Below, piece by piece: positions 17,889 through 28,874 of a stretch of 38,081 nt of DNA. Made by a program: the position numbers and the translations under genes. The stretch covers positions 1-38,081 of the IMG/VR virus record IMGVR_UViG_3300020043_004908; one strand, given 5' to 3'. The notes below the pieces were generated by a model. That model searched no databases. It was given only the letters and a program-made list of their open reading frames with translations, and was not told the DNA's origin. The stretch is from a virus (Duplodnaviria > Caudoviricetes). How positions within the stretch are numbered: the stretch's first letter is position 1; the number at the start of each line of letters is the position of its first letter.

Positions 17889-18340
17889 TGATTAGAGTTG
17901 CAACACTGGATGACATAGACAGGATTGTTGAGTTGGGGTGCTGTTTACATGCTGAGTCTAGTTATGGTGAGTTGCCGTTTGACTGCGATAAGGTCAAGCA
18001 TTTAATGGCAGGTTTGATAGGTGGCGGTTATGGCGTTGTGTTTGTTGCAGAAAAGGCTGGAGAGATTATCGGTGGAATTGCCGGAGGCGTTACAGAGTTC
18101 TGGTTCTGCGATGAGTTACATGGGTTCGATTACAGTTTCTTTGTTCATCCTGAGCATAGGGGTGGTTCTGCTGCCTTTCGTTTGTTGTTGGCATTTGAGT
18201 CTTGGTGCAAGAATATGGGCGCAAAGCAAATGGACATTGGCATTACAACAGGCATCCACGTTGATAAGACAACAAGGTTTTACGAGAAAATGGGCTTTGT
18301 CAAAAGTGGACAATTATTCAGAAAAGTACTGGAGGAATAG
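17885..18340 (+). CDS. GNAT-family acetyltransferase
   Basis: IRVATLDD, FVHPEHRGG.A..LL, FYEKMGF. Confidence 0.85.
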   Translation: MMIRVATLDDIDRIVELGCCLHAESSYGELPFDCDKVKHLMAGLIGGGYGVVFVAEKAGEIIGGIAGGVTEFWFCDELHGFDYSFFVHPEHRGGSAAFRLLLAFESWCKNMGAKQMDIGITTGIHVDKTTRFYEKMGFVKSGQLFRKVLEE

Positions 18341-18343
18341 ATA

Positions 18344-18880
18344 ATGGGACTAGAAGCAGGCGCATATCTTGCCATAGCTAGTATTGCAGCTAGTGCCGGA
18401 TCAGCTATTTACCAAGGGCAAGAGCAAAAGAAAGCAGCCAATGCTCAAGCCGATCAGGTCGAGGCAGAGGGTGAATTTCAACGCAAGCAAGCAGAGGCTG
18501 ATGCCAAGACTGAAAAGCAAGCGGCTGAATTACGCGCAGAGCAGGTACGCAAGGCGGGACGAGAGCAGAGAGCCAAGGCTAGAGCCGGTGCTGCTGCAAG
18601 TGGAATGGATGTAGGGCTAGGGACGGCAACTGAATTACAGAGCGAGATAACCAGAGGCGTAGAGGAAGACGCAGGCATGAGTATCTTTGGCGGTTTGGAT
18701 GCGTTCAAGCGCGGCAATCAGACTGGTCAATCCATTGGCAACAGGGCAACGAATGAGGCTACTGCACTGAAGGCAGGTGGTAAGGCTGCACAGACTGCGG
18801 GATATGTTGGAGCTGCCAAGTCTGCTGTCGGTGGGTATGGCGATTACAAAGCGTCAAAGCCGAAGACCACTAAAACATAA
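18344..18880 (+). CDS. Internal virion/ejection protein (T7 gp14-like position)
   Basis: Hydrophobic N-terminus, Ala/Gln-rich, AASG.D..GT motif. Confidence 0.7.
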   Translation: MGLEAGAYLAIASIAASAGSAIYQGQEQKKAANAQADQVEAEGEFQRKQAEADAKTEKQAAELRAEQVRKAGREQRAKARAGAAASGMDVGLGTATELQSEITRGVEEDAGMSIFGGLDAFKRGNQTGQSIGNRATNEATALKAGGKAAQTAGYVGAAKSAVGGYGDYKASKPKTTKT

Positions 18881-18891
18881 TAGGGTAGACC

Positions 18892-20898
18892 ATGGCACAG
18901 ATACCGCTTGGCAATTTCGGATATGCTGCACCTGAAATAAGGCGCTCTCAGACTGTATCGACTGTTGTCGAGAATAACAGCGGGGCAATGACTGCCAAGA
19001 TAATCGGTGATGCTGTCAGTGATGTATCGTCACAGTTCAAAGCTAACCTTGAATTGCAATCTGAATTGGAGTCACGCAAGAAACGCAACAAGGCATCGAC
19101 ACTTAGAAACGAGTACGAAACAAAATTACAGACTGCTGAATTAGACCTAGAGCGTCAGCACGCAGAAGGTACGATAGGTTCAGATGCGCTATTGCCTGCA
19201 TACGAGCAGACGGCAAAAAAGCTCAAGGATGAGCTTACCCCATTCGCTGATGAGCTAGACGATGAAACTAGGGCAGAGTTTGTCAGTTCGCTTGAGGGTA
19301 CTCGTGTCAATGGCTTGGCTAGGTTTCAGGGTTCAGCATTAAACGCGGCCAAGAAAGACCATCAGTCATCAGTTACGGAGTCATGGGATTCATTCAGGAA
19401 GAATAACCTCGGAAACTATGAGGCCGCTTCTGCATGGCTTGATGGGGAGGGTGGCGCAGAGATGCAACGGGCTTTTGGTGCTGATGCTCCTGAGATGATA
19501 CGCAAGGCAAAGGAGCAGGCAGGGCTTGACTCTGTATCGATTGCTATCATGAATGCAGGCGAGGATACAGGCAAGTTGTCCGCTGTCCTTGGACAGTTGC
19601 AAAGCGAAAAAGCAGTAGCAATACTTGACCCTGATAAACGCCTTGTGCTGACATCAAACCTACAGAACAACATCAACACGCTGAAAGACAGGGCAGAGCG
19701 CAAGGCAATAGAGTTAGAGAACAAGAAACTCAAGATTGCAGAAGATACCAATCAGGCTTTTCTTGACAACATCATGGATGGCGCCACACTTCCTGCCGAG
19801 GATTTGCTAGCGGCTAGCGAAAGAGTCAAAGGCACTCCATACGAGCCACAATTTAATAACCTAGTTGTGCAGCAGACCAAGATTCAGGAAGTGATGAAGC
19901 AGCCTAAACATGTCAGGGATGCGTTCATTGAATCGCAAGAAAGAGAGATGCTGGCATCTGGTTCAACAAAAGAACAAAGGGCAATGATTGAGGGCTTTAA
20001 GAAAGCATCAAATGACAGAGAAGAACTGAAGAACAATGACCCGCACTCATTCAATGAGAAGATGTTGGGTGGCGAGATAACACAGCTTGATCTTAGCAAT
20101 CCTGATCCTGTATCAATCAGAAACAGGGAATTGCAGGCTTCAGCAATTGAGAAAGAAACCGGAAAGAATCCAGGCATTCTCAAGCCAACAGAGAAGAAGG
20201 CTATTGTGCAGCACATTTCTACACTGTCAGGTGAACAAAGGCTCTCATATTTTGCCAAACTGAAAGAGTCTAGCGGCACTGCATACAGCCAGATAATGAA
20301 GGATGTAGGAGCGGATAGTCCTGCTGATGCCCTTGCCGGGCAGATGTACGGCAGCGGTATGAAGGTAAAAATGGAGTCTAATACCTTTGGAGCTGATAAG
20401 TTCTTCGATTCTGATGACATCGCGTTAAGGCTTACCCGTGGTGCTGAGTTGATGAAGTCAGGCAGGGAATCAGGAAAGATGCCAATTCCTGATGAGGCTA
20501 AGTTTAATGCCTCAATGATGGACGCAACCAAAGGCGCGTTTATCAATCAAGAATCATTTGCCAAGGCAAGCGAGTCTATCAAAGCCTACTATGCTGCAAG
20601 GTCTGAACAGCTAGGGGTTTATAGTTCGGTGGTTGATGCAAAAATAATGGACGAAGCTATACGCGCAACTACAGGTAACATTGTTGTTAAGTCTAACCGC
20701 AGGGTACTTGCTCCTATTGGCATGGACTCAGAGTCTTTCCTAGAGAAAGCAGAGGCGGCATACAACACAGAGAACCCAAACGGAACACCGTGGAGCAGGG
20801 TTAATCTGATGCCATACAAGAACAATCAGTATATGATTGCTGTTGGAGACACTCCGGTAAGGCGCCACAACAAGCCGATAATTATCGAGGTCAAATAA
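18892..20898 (+). CDS. Internal virion/ejection protein
   Basis: 668-aa helical protein, MA.IP start, position in operon. Confidence 0.65.
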   Translation: MAQIPLGNFGYAAPEIRRSQTVSTVVENNSGAMTAKIIGDAVSDVSSQFKANLELQSELESRKKRNKASTLRNEYETKLQTAELDLERQHAEGTIGSDALLPAYEQTAKKLKDELTPFADELDDETRAEFVSSLEGTRVNGLARFQGSALNAAKKDHQSSVTESWDSFRKNNLGNYEAASAWLDGEGGAEMQRAFGADAPEMIRKAKEQAGLDSVSIAIMNAGEDTGKLSAVLGQLQSEKAVAILDPDKRLVLTSNLQNNINTLKDRAERKAIELENKKLKIAEDTNQAFLDNIMDGATLPAEDLLAASERVKGTPYEPQFNNLVVQQTKIQEVMKQPKHVRDAFIESQEREMLASGSTKEQRAMIEGFKKASNDREELKNNDPHSFNEKMLGGEITQLDLSNPDPVSIRNRELQASAIEKETGKNPGILKPTEKKAIVQHISTLSGEQRLSYFAKLKESSGTAYSQIMKDVGADSPADALAGQMYGSGMKVKMESNTFGADKFFDSDDIALRLTRGAELMKSGRESGKMPIPDEAKFNASMMDATKGAFINQESFAKASESIKAYYAARSEQLGVYSSVVDAKIMDEAIRATTGNIVVKSNRRVLAPIGMDSESFLEKAEAAYNTENPNGTPWSRVNLMPYKNNQYMIAVGDTPVRRHNKPIIIEVK

Positions 20899-22247
20899 TG
20901 TCTTTCTTCTATGATGAAAGCACACAGAGACAGGCTGACGAACTATCCGATAATTTCGGCATTGATGAATCGCTTGTCGAGTCAGGCGCATGGACTGGAT
21001 TTGGCAAAGGTCTTGGCATGGGCATCATGCGTGAGACATTCGCACAAACAGGTAGAACAGCAGCAATGGCAGCAGCAGTACCGTCTATTGTGTGGGATAA
21101 GATGGCAGGCACTACAGAAAGACAAGACCTATACTTCAAGGATGTTATAGACGACACGTTCAATGATGCTATCGACTATTGGACGCCTAGCGAGCAAGAA
21201 GTTGGAATGGCTGGTCAATTAGGTGGTGGTCTTGTTGGTGGTCTAGGTCAGCTTGCTTTAGGTCTTGGCAATCCATCACTGATGATTGCAAACGCTCAGA
21301 TGGGTACAAGTACAGACCTTGTAAGGCATGGAATTGACGTTGACAAGGCGCTAGATGTAGGCACTGCGTCAGGTATTGCGACAGCGGTAGGCGCATGGCT
21401 TCCTGTATTTGGCAAGACTGGCGTTCAAAAAGTAGTAGGTAATGCTGCAATAAACCCGCTTATTGGTATAGCACAAAGAGCGGTACAGTCGCAGATGCTA
21501 GAAGGAACAGATCAAGCTGCAAACTTCAACCCTTGGGATATGAATGCGATTGTGCTAGATGCCGCAATGGGTGCTGCTTTTGGCTATGTATCTAAGAGAA
21601 TGGGAGAAACAGCACCAGATGTTGTTGATGCGATAATCGGTAAAGGCGCCACAAAATCCATACAGGATAACATCGGCTATATGTTTGGCGACTACAAGCC
21701 GAATCCTTCCGAGATTGATGACCTGATGGGATTGGCTAACATCAAGTCAAGGACATACGACAGCGCACCAGGCAGACCAATTGATGAGCATTCTGCCAAT
21801 ATGCACACAGCCGCCATGGAGGAATCTATACGCGCTTTATCTGAAGGCAGAGAGCCTAATCTATCCATGCTTGATGATTCGGTTAGGTTTGAATCTAGGA
21901 CAGCAGAAGGCGTTGATTTAGTCACAGCAGGAAAGGATGCAGGTCTTGAATTGATTGATGAGGCAAGAGTAGCAAAAGCATCAGCTCCTATGAGGTCTGT
22001 AGATGTTGCTCCTGTAGAGGCTGCACCTGTAGAAGGTCAGGTAAAATCAGTCATTGACAATGACTATCATATACTTGAGGCAAAGAGAACAATTGATGAA
22101 GTTGGAGATGTTCAGGTTGTTGATGCGGAATCAGGTAATATGGTGAGCGGAAGAAAGGTTCTAGAAGATTCTGTTGCAGAAGTTCGCAATGCTGAGACAT
22201 TAAGCACGGCATTCAAGGCTGTTGCTGGTTGTATTTTGGGGGATTGA
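20898..22247 (+). CDS. Virion/ejection protein with Gly-rich hydrophobic segments
   Basis: Position in operon; ends AVAGCILG. Confidence 0.6.
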   Translation: MSFFYDESTQRQADELSDNFGIDESLVESGAWTGFGKGLGMGIMRETFAQTGRTAAMAAAVPSIVWDKMAGTTERQDLYFKDVIDDTFNDAIDYWTPSEQEVGMAGQLGGGLVGGLGQLALGLGNPSLMIANAQMGTSTDLVRHGIDVDKALDVGTASGIATAVGAWLPVFGKTGVQKVVGNAAINPLIGIAQRAVQSQMLEGTDQAANFNPWDMNAIVLDAAMGAAFGYVSKRMGETAPDVVDAIIGKGATKSIQDNIGYMFGDYKPNPSEIDDLMGLANIKSRTYDSAPGRPIDEHSANMHTAAMEESIRALSEGREPNLSMLDDSVRFESRTAEGVDLVTAGKDAGLELIDEARVAKASAPMRSVDVAPVEAAPVEGQVKSVIDNDYHILEAKRTIDEVGDVQVVDAESGNMVSGRKVLEDSVAEVRNAETLSTAFKAVAGCILGD

Positions 22248-24844
22248 TGAAATCACAATGCGGACAGGCAGCAGCAAAGGCTATAGGTCGTCAGCTTACG
22301 AAAGCGGAAGAGGCGATTATAGAGGAAAGGCTATCATCTCACATGCGGCAGATGGCTCGTAATGACCGTGATTTAGTGTTGTCAATGACAAAGCAAGAGC
22401 GTGTAGAGATGGCGGCAGACAGGGCTGCTAAGGAATTGATAGCCGAGACAGCAAGAAAAGCAAGCAACAAGGCTGCCAATGTTGTTGTCAAGGCAAAGAT
22501 GAAAGCAATTGTAGACGCTGACCCTTTGCAAGGCGTTGATCGAATCATGGATATGGTGGCAACAAACCGCAGCGGCTCAGGCATTCAATCGCTAGAATCA
22601 CAGTCATTGGCTATTCGTGACATGGGATGGAGTCACATTGTCGATACTGTTATGGCGGCAAATCCTGATTTCCTCAGGCTATTTGATACGTCAGAAGGCA
22701 CAAAGGCATTACACCTTGAATTGTACGGCATGGATTCTGGCAATTCAGCAGCAAAGGCAGGCGCCAAGGCATTCACAGATACAGCAGAGCAGTTGCGGCA
22801 GAGGTTCAATCGAGCAGGCGGAAACGTAGGCAAGCTTGAGAATTGGGGCAAGCCTAATCATCACTCTGCTGTACGCATGGCTTCTGAAGGTATGGAAGCA
22901 TGGGTTAGCAAGATGCTGACTGGCAAGGATGGAAAGCCACTTATTAAGATGAGCCAGTATGTCAACGAAGATGGTTCATTGATGTCTATTGACCAAGTGA
23001 CAAAGTTTCTAGAGTACAGCTACAGGCAGATTGTTTCCGATGGTTCATTTGGACGCATTGACGATATGCGAAAGGCAGAGGCTAAAGGTGAGTCTGTTGG
23101 AGGTGGTGGCAAGTCGTCAACAGCTAATCGCAACTCTTCGCACAGACAGATACATTTTGAAGATGCTGAAGCAGAGGCTATCTACTGGCAGGACTTTGGC
23201 GAGAAGTCCATGCTTGATGTAATGGTTGGTCACATAACAAGTATGTCTAGGGATGTGGCATTGATAGAAACATTTGGCCCTGATGCTATGCGTAATTTTG
23301 AGGATTCACTGCGATACGCAGAGGATACCGCCAAGGCTGCATTATCAGGAAGAAAGAACACTGTTAAGGCAATGAACAAGATAAGCCAGAATGCCAACAA
23401 TGTCAGGAAGCTTTTCGAGATACAATCAGGATCAGCTCCAATTCCAGCCGCTACAGCTTTCAGTAATGTGATGAAAGGCATCCGGTCATTGCAGATGCCG
23501 ATACTGGGTTCAGCCACTATAACATCCATGTCTGATTATGGCACAAGCTTCCTGACTGCAAAGCATAACCACATGCAGTTTTCCAACGTCATAGGCAAAG
23601 AGCTTGACTTGTACAAGAATCCAAAGCTTAGAGATGCCGCAAGGCGTAGGGGATTAGGTCTTGATACTATGATGAACGGCTTCAGCAGACTAGGTGAGGA
23701 TGGCTTCTCATCCGGAACTTCATGGCATGATTCATTCGCTAAATACTCGCAAAAGTTCGCAAGCGCAACAATGAAAGCTTCATTCTTGGGGCAGCTAACC
23801 GACATCCGCAGGCAAGCTTTTTCTATGGAGTTCATGGATGTATTAGGCAAGCTAACCCGTAAGCCGTTCGACAGCTATAAACCAGAGGACATCGCGCACC
23901 TTGTAAAGCTTGGCGTAACAAGAGAAGATTGGGCAGTATGGAATCTGGCACAGCTTGATGACGTTAGAGGCAAGGGCGATACATTGATTACTGCGGATAA
24001 CATCTACAGGCTGACAGATGAACAGCTTGGAGGTGATGCAGAAACAGCAATGCGACTCAGAGATAGGGCCGCAACAAAGCTGCTAGGCATTGTGCAAGAA
24101 GAAGCAAAGATGGCAATCATAGAGCCTGGGCTAAAGACTCAGCTATACCTTTCAGCAGGCAAAGGATATAACCCCGTGCTTGATGAGGTGGTAAACTCTT
24201 TCTGGCAGTTCAAGTCATTTGGTCTTGCTATGATATTCAGCCACATGGAGCGCATGGCGGGTATGCCTTCATTTGCTAGTAAGGCAGGGTATGCTGCAAC
24301 ACTAACAGCGGCAACAACTATCATGGGCGCGTTGTCTATGCAGTTGAATAATTTAATCCAAGGCAAAGACCCGCAAGATATGACTACTCCTAAATTCTGG
24401 GGCGCTGCATTTATGAAGGGTGGAAGCTTTGGTATCTACGGGGACTTCCTGTTCGGCAGCAAGACTAAATACAATCAGGGCATGGCTGAAGTAATAATGG
24501 GGCCAACAGCTTCATTTATCGGCACTCCCATAAAAGTGGCATTAGAAGAAGCAGAGTATCAAAAGCAGATAGCAGCAGGAGATGATGCAAAAGAGCCTGA
24601 CAGTGCAGCCAAGATGCTCAGATGGGCTAGACCGTTAATACCTGGATCAACGCTGTTTTATACCAAAGGCGCATTTGACCATATGGTGTTCCATGATATG
24701 CAGGAAATGGCTAATCCCGGCTATCTGAACAGAATGAAGCGTAGAATCAAGACTGATACAGGACAGCAATTCTGGTGGGAGCCTGGCGAATCAGTGCCAG
24801 AAAGGGCGCCAGATATTGGTGCAATGTTTGGAGCTGAGCAATGA
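22247..24844 (+). CDS. Large internal virion/ejection protein
   Basis: MK..C..A...AIGR.L; RFN.AGG.VG.L..W..P..H; QFKSF; GG.FGIYGDFL; PGYL.R. Confidence 0.75.
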   Translation: MKSQCGQAAAKAIGRQLTKAEEAIIEERLSSHMRQMARNDRDLVLSMTKQERVEMAADRAAKELIAETARKASNKAANVVVKAKMKAIVDADPLQGVDRIMDMVATNRSGSGIQSLESQSLAIRDMGWSHIVDTVMAANPDFLRLFDTSEGTKALHLELYGMDSGNSAAKAGAKAFTDTAEQLRQRFNRAGGNVGKLENWGKPNHHSAVRMASEGMEAWVSKMLTGKDGKPLIKMSQYVNEDGSLMSIDQVTKFLEYSYRQIVSDGSFGRIDDMRKAEAKGESVGGGGKSSTANRNSSHRQIHFEDAEAEAIYWQDFGEKSMLDVMVGHITSMSRDVALIETFGPDAMRNFEDSLRYAEDTAKAALSGRKNTVKAMNKISQNANNVRKLFEIQSGSAPIPAATAFSNVMKGIRSLQMPILGSATITSMSDYGTSFLTAKHNHMQFSNVIGKELDLYKNPKLRDAARRRGLGLDTMMNGFSRLGEDGFSSGTSWHDSFAKYSQKFASATMKASFLGQLTDIRRQAFSMEFMDVLGKLTRKPFDSYKPEDIAHLVKLGVTREDWAVWNLAQLDDVRGKGDTLITADNIYRLTDEQLGGDAETAMRLRDRAATKLLGIVQEEAKMAIIEPGLKTQLYLSAGKGYNPVLDEVVNSFWQFKSFGLAMIFSHMERMAGMPSFASKAGYAATLTAATTIMGALSMQLNNLIQGKDPQDMTTPKFWGAAFMKGGSFGIYGDFLFGSKTKYNQGMAEVIMGPTASFIGTPIKVALEEAEYQKQIAAGDDAKEPDSAAKMLRWARPLIPGSTLFYTKGAFDHMVFHDMQEMANPGYLNRMKRRIKTDTGQQFWWEPGESVPERAPDIGAMFGAEQ

Positions 24845-25131
24845 GAGAAGATCAACTAAAAGAGCTTATGCGCATTCAAGAGGTGGCTATTGATAACGCC
24901 ATTGCTGAGTTTGATGAGGCTTGTGGGCTACGGCTAACAGAGCAACAGGAGCGCGGAGACAGACGATGGTTGACTCAAATGGCATCTAGTTCACTCAAGC
25001 TATCGGCTGACATTGCTAGACTATTGAAGCCTGCCCAGTCTGATGATGGCGATAGGGAGGATGCAGAGTTATCAGCTATAATCAACGCGGCAACGACTAA
25101 GGTGCTGGCTTTTGATAGAAAGAAAGGTTGA
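24841..25131 (+). CDS. terS: Probable terminase small subunit
   Basis: Helical 96 aa directly upstream of TerL; RGDR.W motif. Confidence 0.55.
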   Translation: MREDQLKELMRIQEVAIDNAIAEFDEACGLRLTEQQERGDRRWLTQMASSSLKLSADIARLLKPAQSDDGDREDAELSAIINAATTKVLAFDRKKG

Positions 25132-26743
25132 TCTAAAAGTATTCTTCCAGATATGGGCTGACATCCAGAATTGGGATGTGCCTGACTTTCACTTCGCTGT
25201 CTGTGATTTCCTGCAAGATGATTGGGATGATGGCCTGTTGATGATGCCTCGCGGTCATGCCAAGTCCTCCATAATTGCTGTCTACAATGCATGGAAGTAT
25301 TACTACACAGACGGCAAGTACCGCATCCTGCACCAAGGCGACCAAGATTCTACCGCCTACAAGATGAGCCGTGACACTCTTGCTATTATCTCAAAGCATC
25401 CACTATGCCGCAGGGCAATGACAAAGACAAAGGGCGAGGTGCAGGAATGGTGGGTATCCGGTTCGATTGATGAGCGTAACCCGTCAATGCAGGCAAGGGG
25501 AATAACGTCTAACGTCACATCATCACGGGCCGATGAAGTACAGAATGACGATGTTGAAGTGCCAAGGAATATACAGACGGCTGACGCAAGGGAGAAGCTC
25601 CGGTATAGATTGGGGGAACAAACCCACATCCTAGTGCCTGGAGGCCGCACCTTGTACGTTGGCACTCCTCACACGCATAAGTCACTCTATGAAGATGTGA
25701 AGACCAACTCGCAGTGTTTGATACTGAAAGCCTTCCAGCACGAGCACAGGATAGAAAACAAAGACCATGCTACGTTGTCATTCAAACCTGAGTACGTCTA
25801 TTCAGGGATTGGTAAATATGCTCGACTGCTAGAGGCGGGGATTGATTACACGCTGACAAACATGGGGAATCGGTGGGAAGTCATGCTTGCTGCCACTGCA
25901 ATCCTTGCTGACTTCTATTCCGGTGCATTATGGCCTGAGCGGTTCACGCCAAAGGAAATGGAGAAACGCAGGCAGAAATGCAAGACCATGAATGAATGGG
26001 ATTCACAGTATCAGCTCCATGCCAAGCCTGTTATAGAGGTCAGAATTGATCCGGACAGGATGATACGTTACCAGTCTGAGCCTGATTTACGAGTTGCCAA
26101 TGGTTCGCCAGTGATGGAGATTGACGGAGTGCAGATGGTAGGCTGCTCGTTTACTGTTGACCCTTCGAGCGGGAAGCTGAACAGTGATGTATCGGCAGGG
26201 GCTTTGATGTTTCAGGACTGCAACGGGAAGCGTTATTGGCACAGGGCATTAACCTTTACAGGCGATGTTGCCATCTTTGCCGATGATGGCAAGACCATTA
26301 CAGGTGGTCAGGTGTTCCAGATATGCGATGTGGTCAAAGAGTTCAGCATACCAAGGGTAACAATCAAGACGGCGGGTATAGGTGGGTTCATGCCTGCTGT
26401 AATGAAGGCGGCATTAAAGCAAAGGCATCTAGTCTGTGGGGTTACAGAGGAAAAGGAAACAACCAATAAGAACAAGCGCATCATAGAGGCATTTGAACCA
26501 TTGCTATTGTCTGGCATGTTGGCTTGTCATGAGTCAGTGATTGAGATTGTCGAGGATCAGATGCGGGAATTTAACCCTGTGACTACAAGCAACGAGGATG
26601 ATTACATTGACTCTGCGGCGAGTGCTATTACCCATACCCCTGAGCGGATACAGTCTGTCGGTAAATACAGGAAACCGGATGCCTTGACGGGCAATAATTG
26701 GCAACCTAATAGTGGCACGTTTGAAGTTGGAGTTGATTGGTAA
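25112..26743 (+). CDS. terL: Terminase large subunit
   Basis: PRGHAKS (Walker A), NDDVE (Walker B), VGTPH, VDPS, DDYID nuclease residues. Confidence 0.92.
   Translation: MIERKVDLKVFFQIWADIQNWDVPDFHFAVCDFLQDDWDDGLLMMPRGHAKSSIIAVYNAWKYYYTDGKYRILHQGDQDSTAYKMSRDTLAIISKHPLCRRAMTKTKGEVQEWWVSGSIDERNPSMQARGITSNVTSSRADEVQNDDVEVPRNIQTADAREKLRYRLGEQTHILVPGGRTLYVGTPHTHKSLYEDVKTNSQCLILKAFQHEHRIENKDHATLSFKPEYVYSGIGKYARLLEAGIDYTLTNMGNRWEVMLAATAILADFYSGALWPERFTPKEMEKRRQKCKTMNEWDSQYQLHAKPVIEVRIDPDRMIRYQSEPDLRVANGSPVMEIDGVQMVGCSFTVDPSSGKLNSDVSAGALMFQDCNGKRYWHRALTFTGDVAIFADDGKTITGGQVFQICDVVKEFSIPRVTIKTAGIGGFMPAVMKAALKQRHLVCGVTEEKETTNKNKRIIEAFEPLLLSGMLACHESVIEIVEDQMREFNPVTTSNEDDYIDSAASAITHTPERIQSVGKYRKPDALTGNNWQPNSGTFEVGVDW
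26665..26698 (+). promoter_or_regulatory. Late promoter motif, copy 3
   Basis: ATACAGGAAACCGGATG, 11 bp, AATAAT. Confidence 0.75.
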
Positions 26744-28383
26744 TGGCAATACCTGCCCAAACGCAATATAACACCTATAATCCCGATGGGGTTGTAACCA
26801 CTTTTGCCTATACCTTCTGCGCGTTTGATGATGCTGATATTAAAGTTTATGCTGATGATGTCCTTGTTTCTGATTCTACTTACTCGGTAAGCGGTATTGG
26901 CACTAGGTCAGGCGGTAATGTGGTATTTACTACAGCTCCGGTTGCCGGAATTGCTGAGTTACTGATTAAACTTGTGCCATCGTTTGCCCGTACTGTTGAT
27001 TATCAGCAAAACGGGGAGCTATTATCTGACACGCTAGATGATGACGTTGACCGCCTTTATTCCATATTGCAATACAATCAGTCTGTGACGGGCAGGTCTT
27101 TAACGTTTGATGACGTTACGGCAACTGCGATGACGTTGATTGGCAATGCTGCTGCGAGAATGGGCAAGCTGCTTGGGTTTGATGCTACGACAGGCGATCC
27201 TGGTTTATTTGTTCCTGCTGATTTCACGGCTACCACTCCGACCGCCTATATCAATACCCTGTTAGACGATGCTGATAGTGCCACTGCTAGGGCAACGCTT
27301 GAGATTGTGAAGAATGCGCGAGAGCAGGAAGGCATCAGATATACGACTGCGGGTACTGCACCTGATTTCACCATTACGACTGCATCGCCTGCTGTCAGTG
27401 CTTATGTTGAAGGGCAGCGGTTCACTATTGAATTGAATGCTGACGGCACGATTGGAAGTAACACACTAAACGTCAATGCTTTGGGCGCTAAGAGTTTGAA
27501 GCAATACGATGACGCAGGCAACAAGCGATCAGGTGTTTGCAAGTCAGCACAGATTGCAGTCGTTGAATATGACGGAACAGACTTTGTTATTCTGAATCCT
27601 TTGCCGGTTTATCCATTGAGCATGGTAAGGCAGACGGTACAAGGTGGGCCAATTACTGCGGCAGGTTATCCTGATTTCCTTCCTGCCACTGATGCCGATT
27701 TAAGTCTAGTAACTCAAAACATCAGCGCGTCCGCTCCGTTTGTTGTATGTGCTTCGCAGGGCTTTGGTCTTGGCTCTGACCGTATAGGTGTCTCGACTGC
27801 AAACCTGACGTTCACTTGTCAGAATGGGACTAATTATCTGTATGTCGATGTGTCTAGTGCTGGAGTTATTACAACGGGTACGACTTTAACCGCTCCGGTT
27901 TATAGCCCTTCACTTGCTACGGGCACAAATACATTCAACTATACAACGATGACCATGTATTCAAGCGGCACTACAAAGGCTTGGCGCGTGTTTGTCGGTG
28001 AGGCTATAGCGGCTGCGGGTGCGGTTACTTCGACTATTGCCTATGCTTACAACGGTGTCTATGAGTCTGCAAACTATGGCTTGGCTGTTAGTAGTTCGTA
28101 CACTGTAAACCATAACGTAGGCTGCCCATCTATTAAAACAACGACTATGGTATGTACTACAACTGATGGCACTTATGCTGTTGGCTATGAGTTTCTAGCT
28201 CCGTCAATGGATCCGCAGGGGTATACATTCGGCCATACAGGTGTATCTATAAGTGTGAACACATATATATCGTTAGTCGCAGCCAACGCAATTTACGTTG
28301 TTGATTACTCACTTCCAAGCACTTACAAGTTGCTCGACTATACAAAATGGAAACTGAAGACAACCGTTAAGAGGTCATTCTAA
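26743..28383 (+). CDS. Tail fibre/spike protein
   Basis: T7-like fibre N-terminus (DG..T.F...F, DIKVY, GG.V.F..AP, R..DY..G.L...L..D.DRL); Thr-rich C-terminus. Confidence 0.85.
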   Translation: MAIPAQTQYNTYNPDGVVTTFAYTFCAFDDADIKVYADDVLVSDSTYSVSGIGTRSGGNVVFTTAPVAGIAELLIKLVPSFARTVDYQQNGELLSDTLDDDVDRLYSILQYNQSVTGRSLTFDDVTATAMTLIGNAAARMGKLLGFDATTGDPGLFVPADFTATTPTAYINTLLDDADSATARATLEIVKNAREQEGIRYTTAGTAPDFTITTASPAVSAYVEGQRFTIELNADGTIGSNTLNVNALGAKSLKQYDDAGNKRSGVCKSAQIAVVEYDGTDFVILNPLPVYPLSMVRQTVQGGPITAAGYPDFLPATDADLSLVTQNISASAPFVVCASQGFGLGSDRIGVSTANLTFTCQNGTNYLYVDVSSAGVITTGTTLTAPVYSPSLATGTNTFNYTTMTMYSSGTTKAWRVFVGEAIAAAGAVTSTIAYAYNGVYESANYGLAVSSSYTVNHNVGCPSIKTTTMVCTTTDGTYAVGYEFLAPSMDPQGYTFGHTGVSISVNTYISLVAANAIYVVDYSLPSTYKLLDYTKWKLKTTVKRSF

Positions 28384-28874
28384 TGGGTTACTACATAGAC
28401 GGTTCAAGCGCTTATTACGAGGGCGACAAGCGTTCTCCGTCTGATACCGCAGTAGATCAAAGACCATATCCTACAATGGATTGGACTGCGGGGGCTTGGG
28501 TCTATGATTTAGCTGCTACAAGAATAATGGCGAAACAAGTTTACACAGTAGCAATGACTGCCGATTTATCCAATGCTATGGCAACAGGGGCAAACCCTGT
28601 AGACATGATGACAGTCATCGGCTATGCGTTTATGCGTGCTGATCTTGTTGCCTATGCTGATAATGCTGCAAACAACTGCCCGTTCATTGACGGATACAGA
28701 GCAATCACAGGAGACACTAAAGCAAACTGTGTTACTGACATACTCAACGATGCAGATTTAGCGGCTGGATTATTGGGCAAAGTACTTGCAAGACGTGCGA
28801 CAGATTACGACCTAATAGATGCTGCGGCCACCGGCCCAGCAATAACCGCAATAGTTTACGTGAGGCCATTCTGA
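28383..28874 (+). CDS. Probable tail fibre assembly protein
   Basis: RP.P...W...AW motif; follows the fibre gene. Confidence 0.6.
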   Translation: MGYYIDGSSAYYEGDKRSPSDTAVDQRPYPTMDWTAGAWVYDLAATRIMAKQVYTVAMTADLSNAMATGANPVDMMTVIGYAFMRADLVAYADNAANNCPFIDGYRAITGDTKANCVTDILNDADLAAGLLGKVLARRATDYDLIDAAATGPAITAIVYVRPF

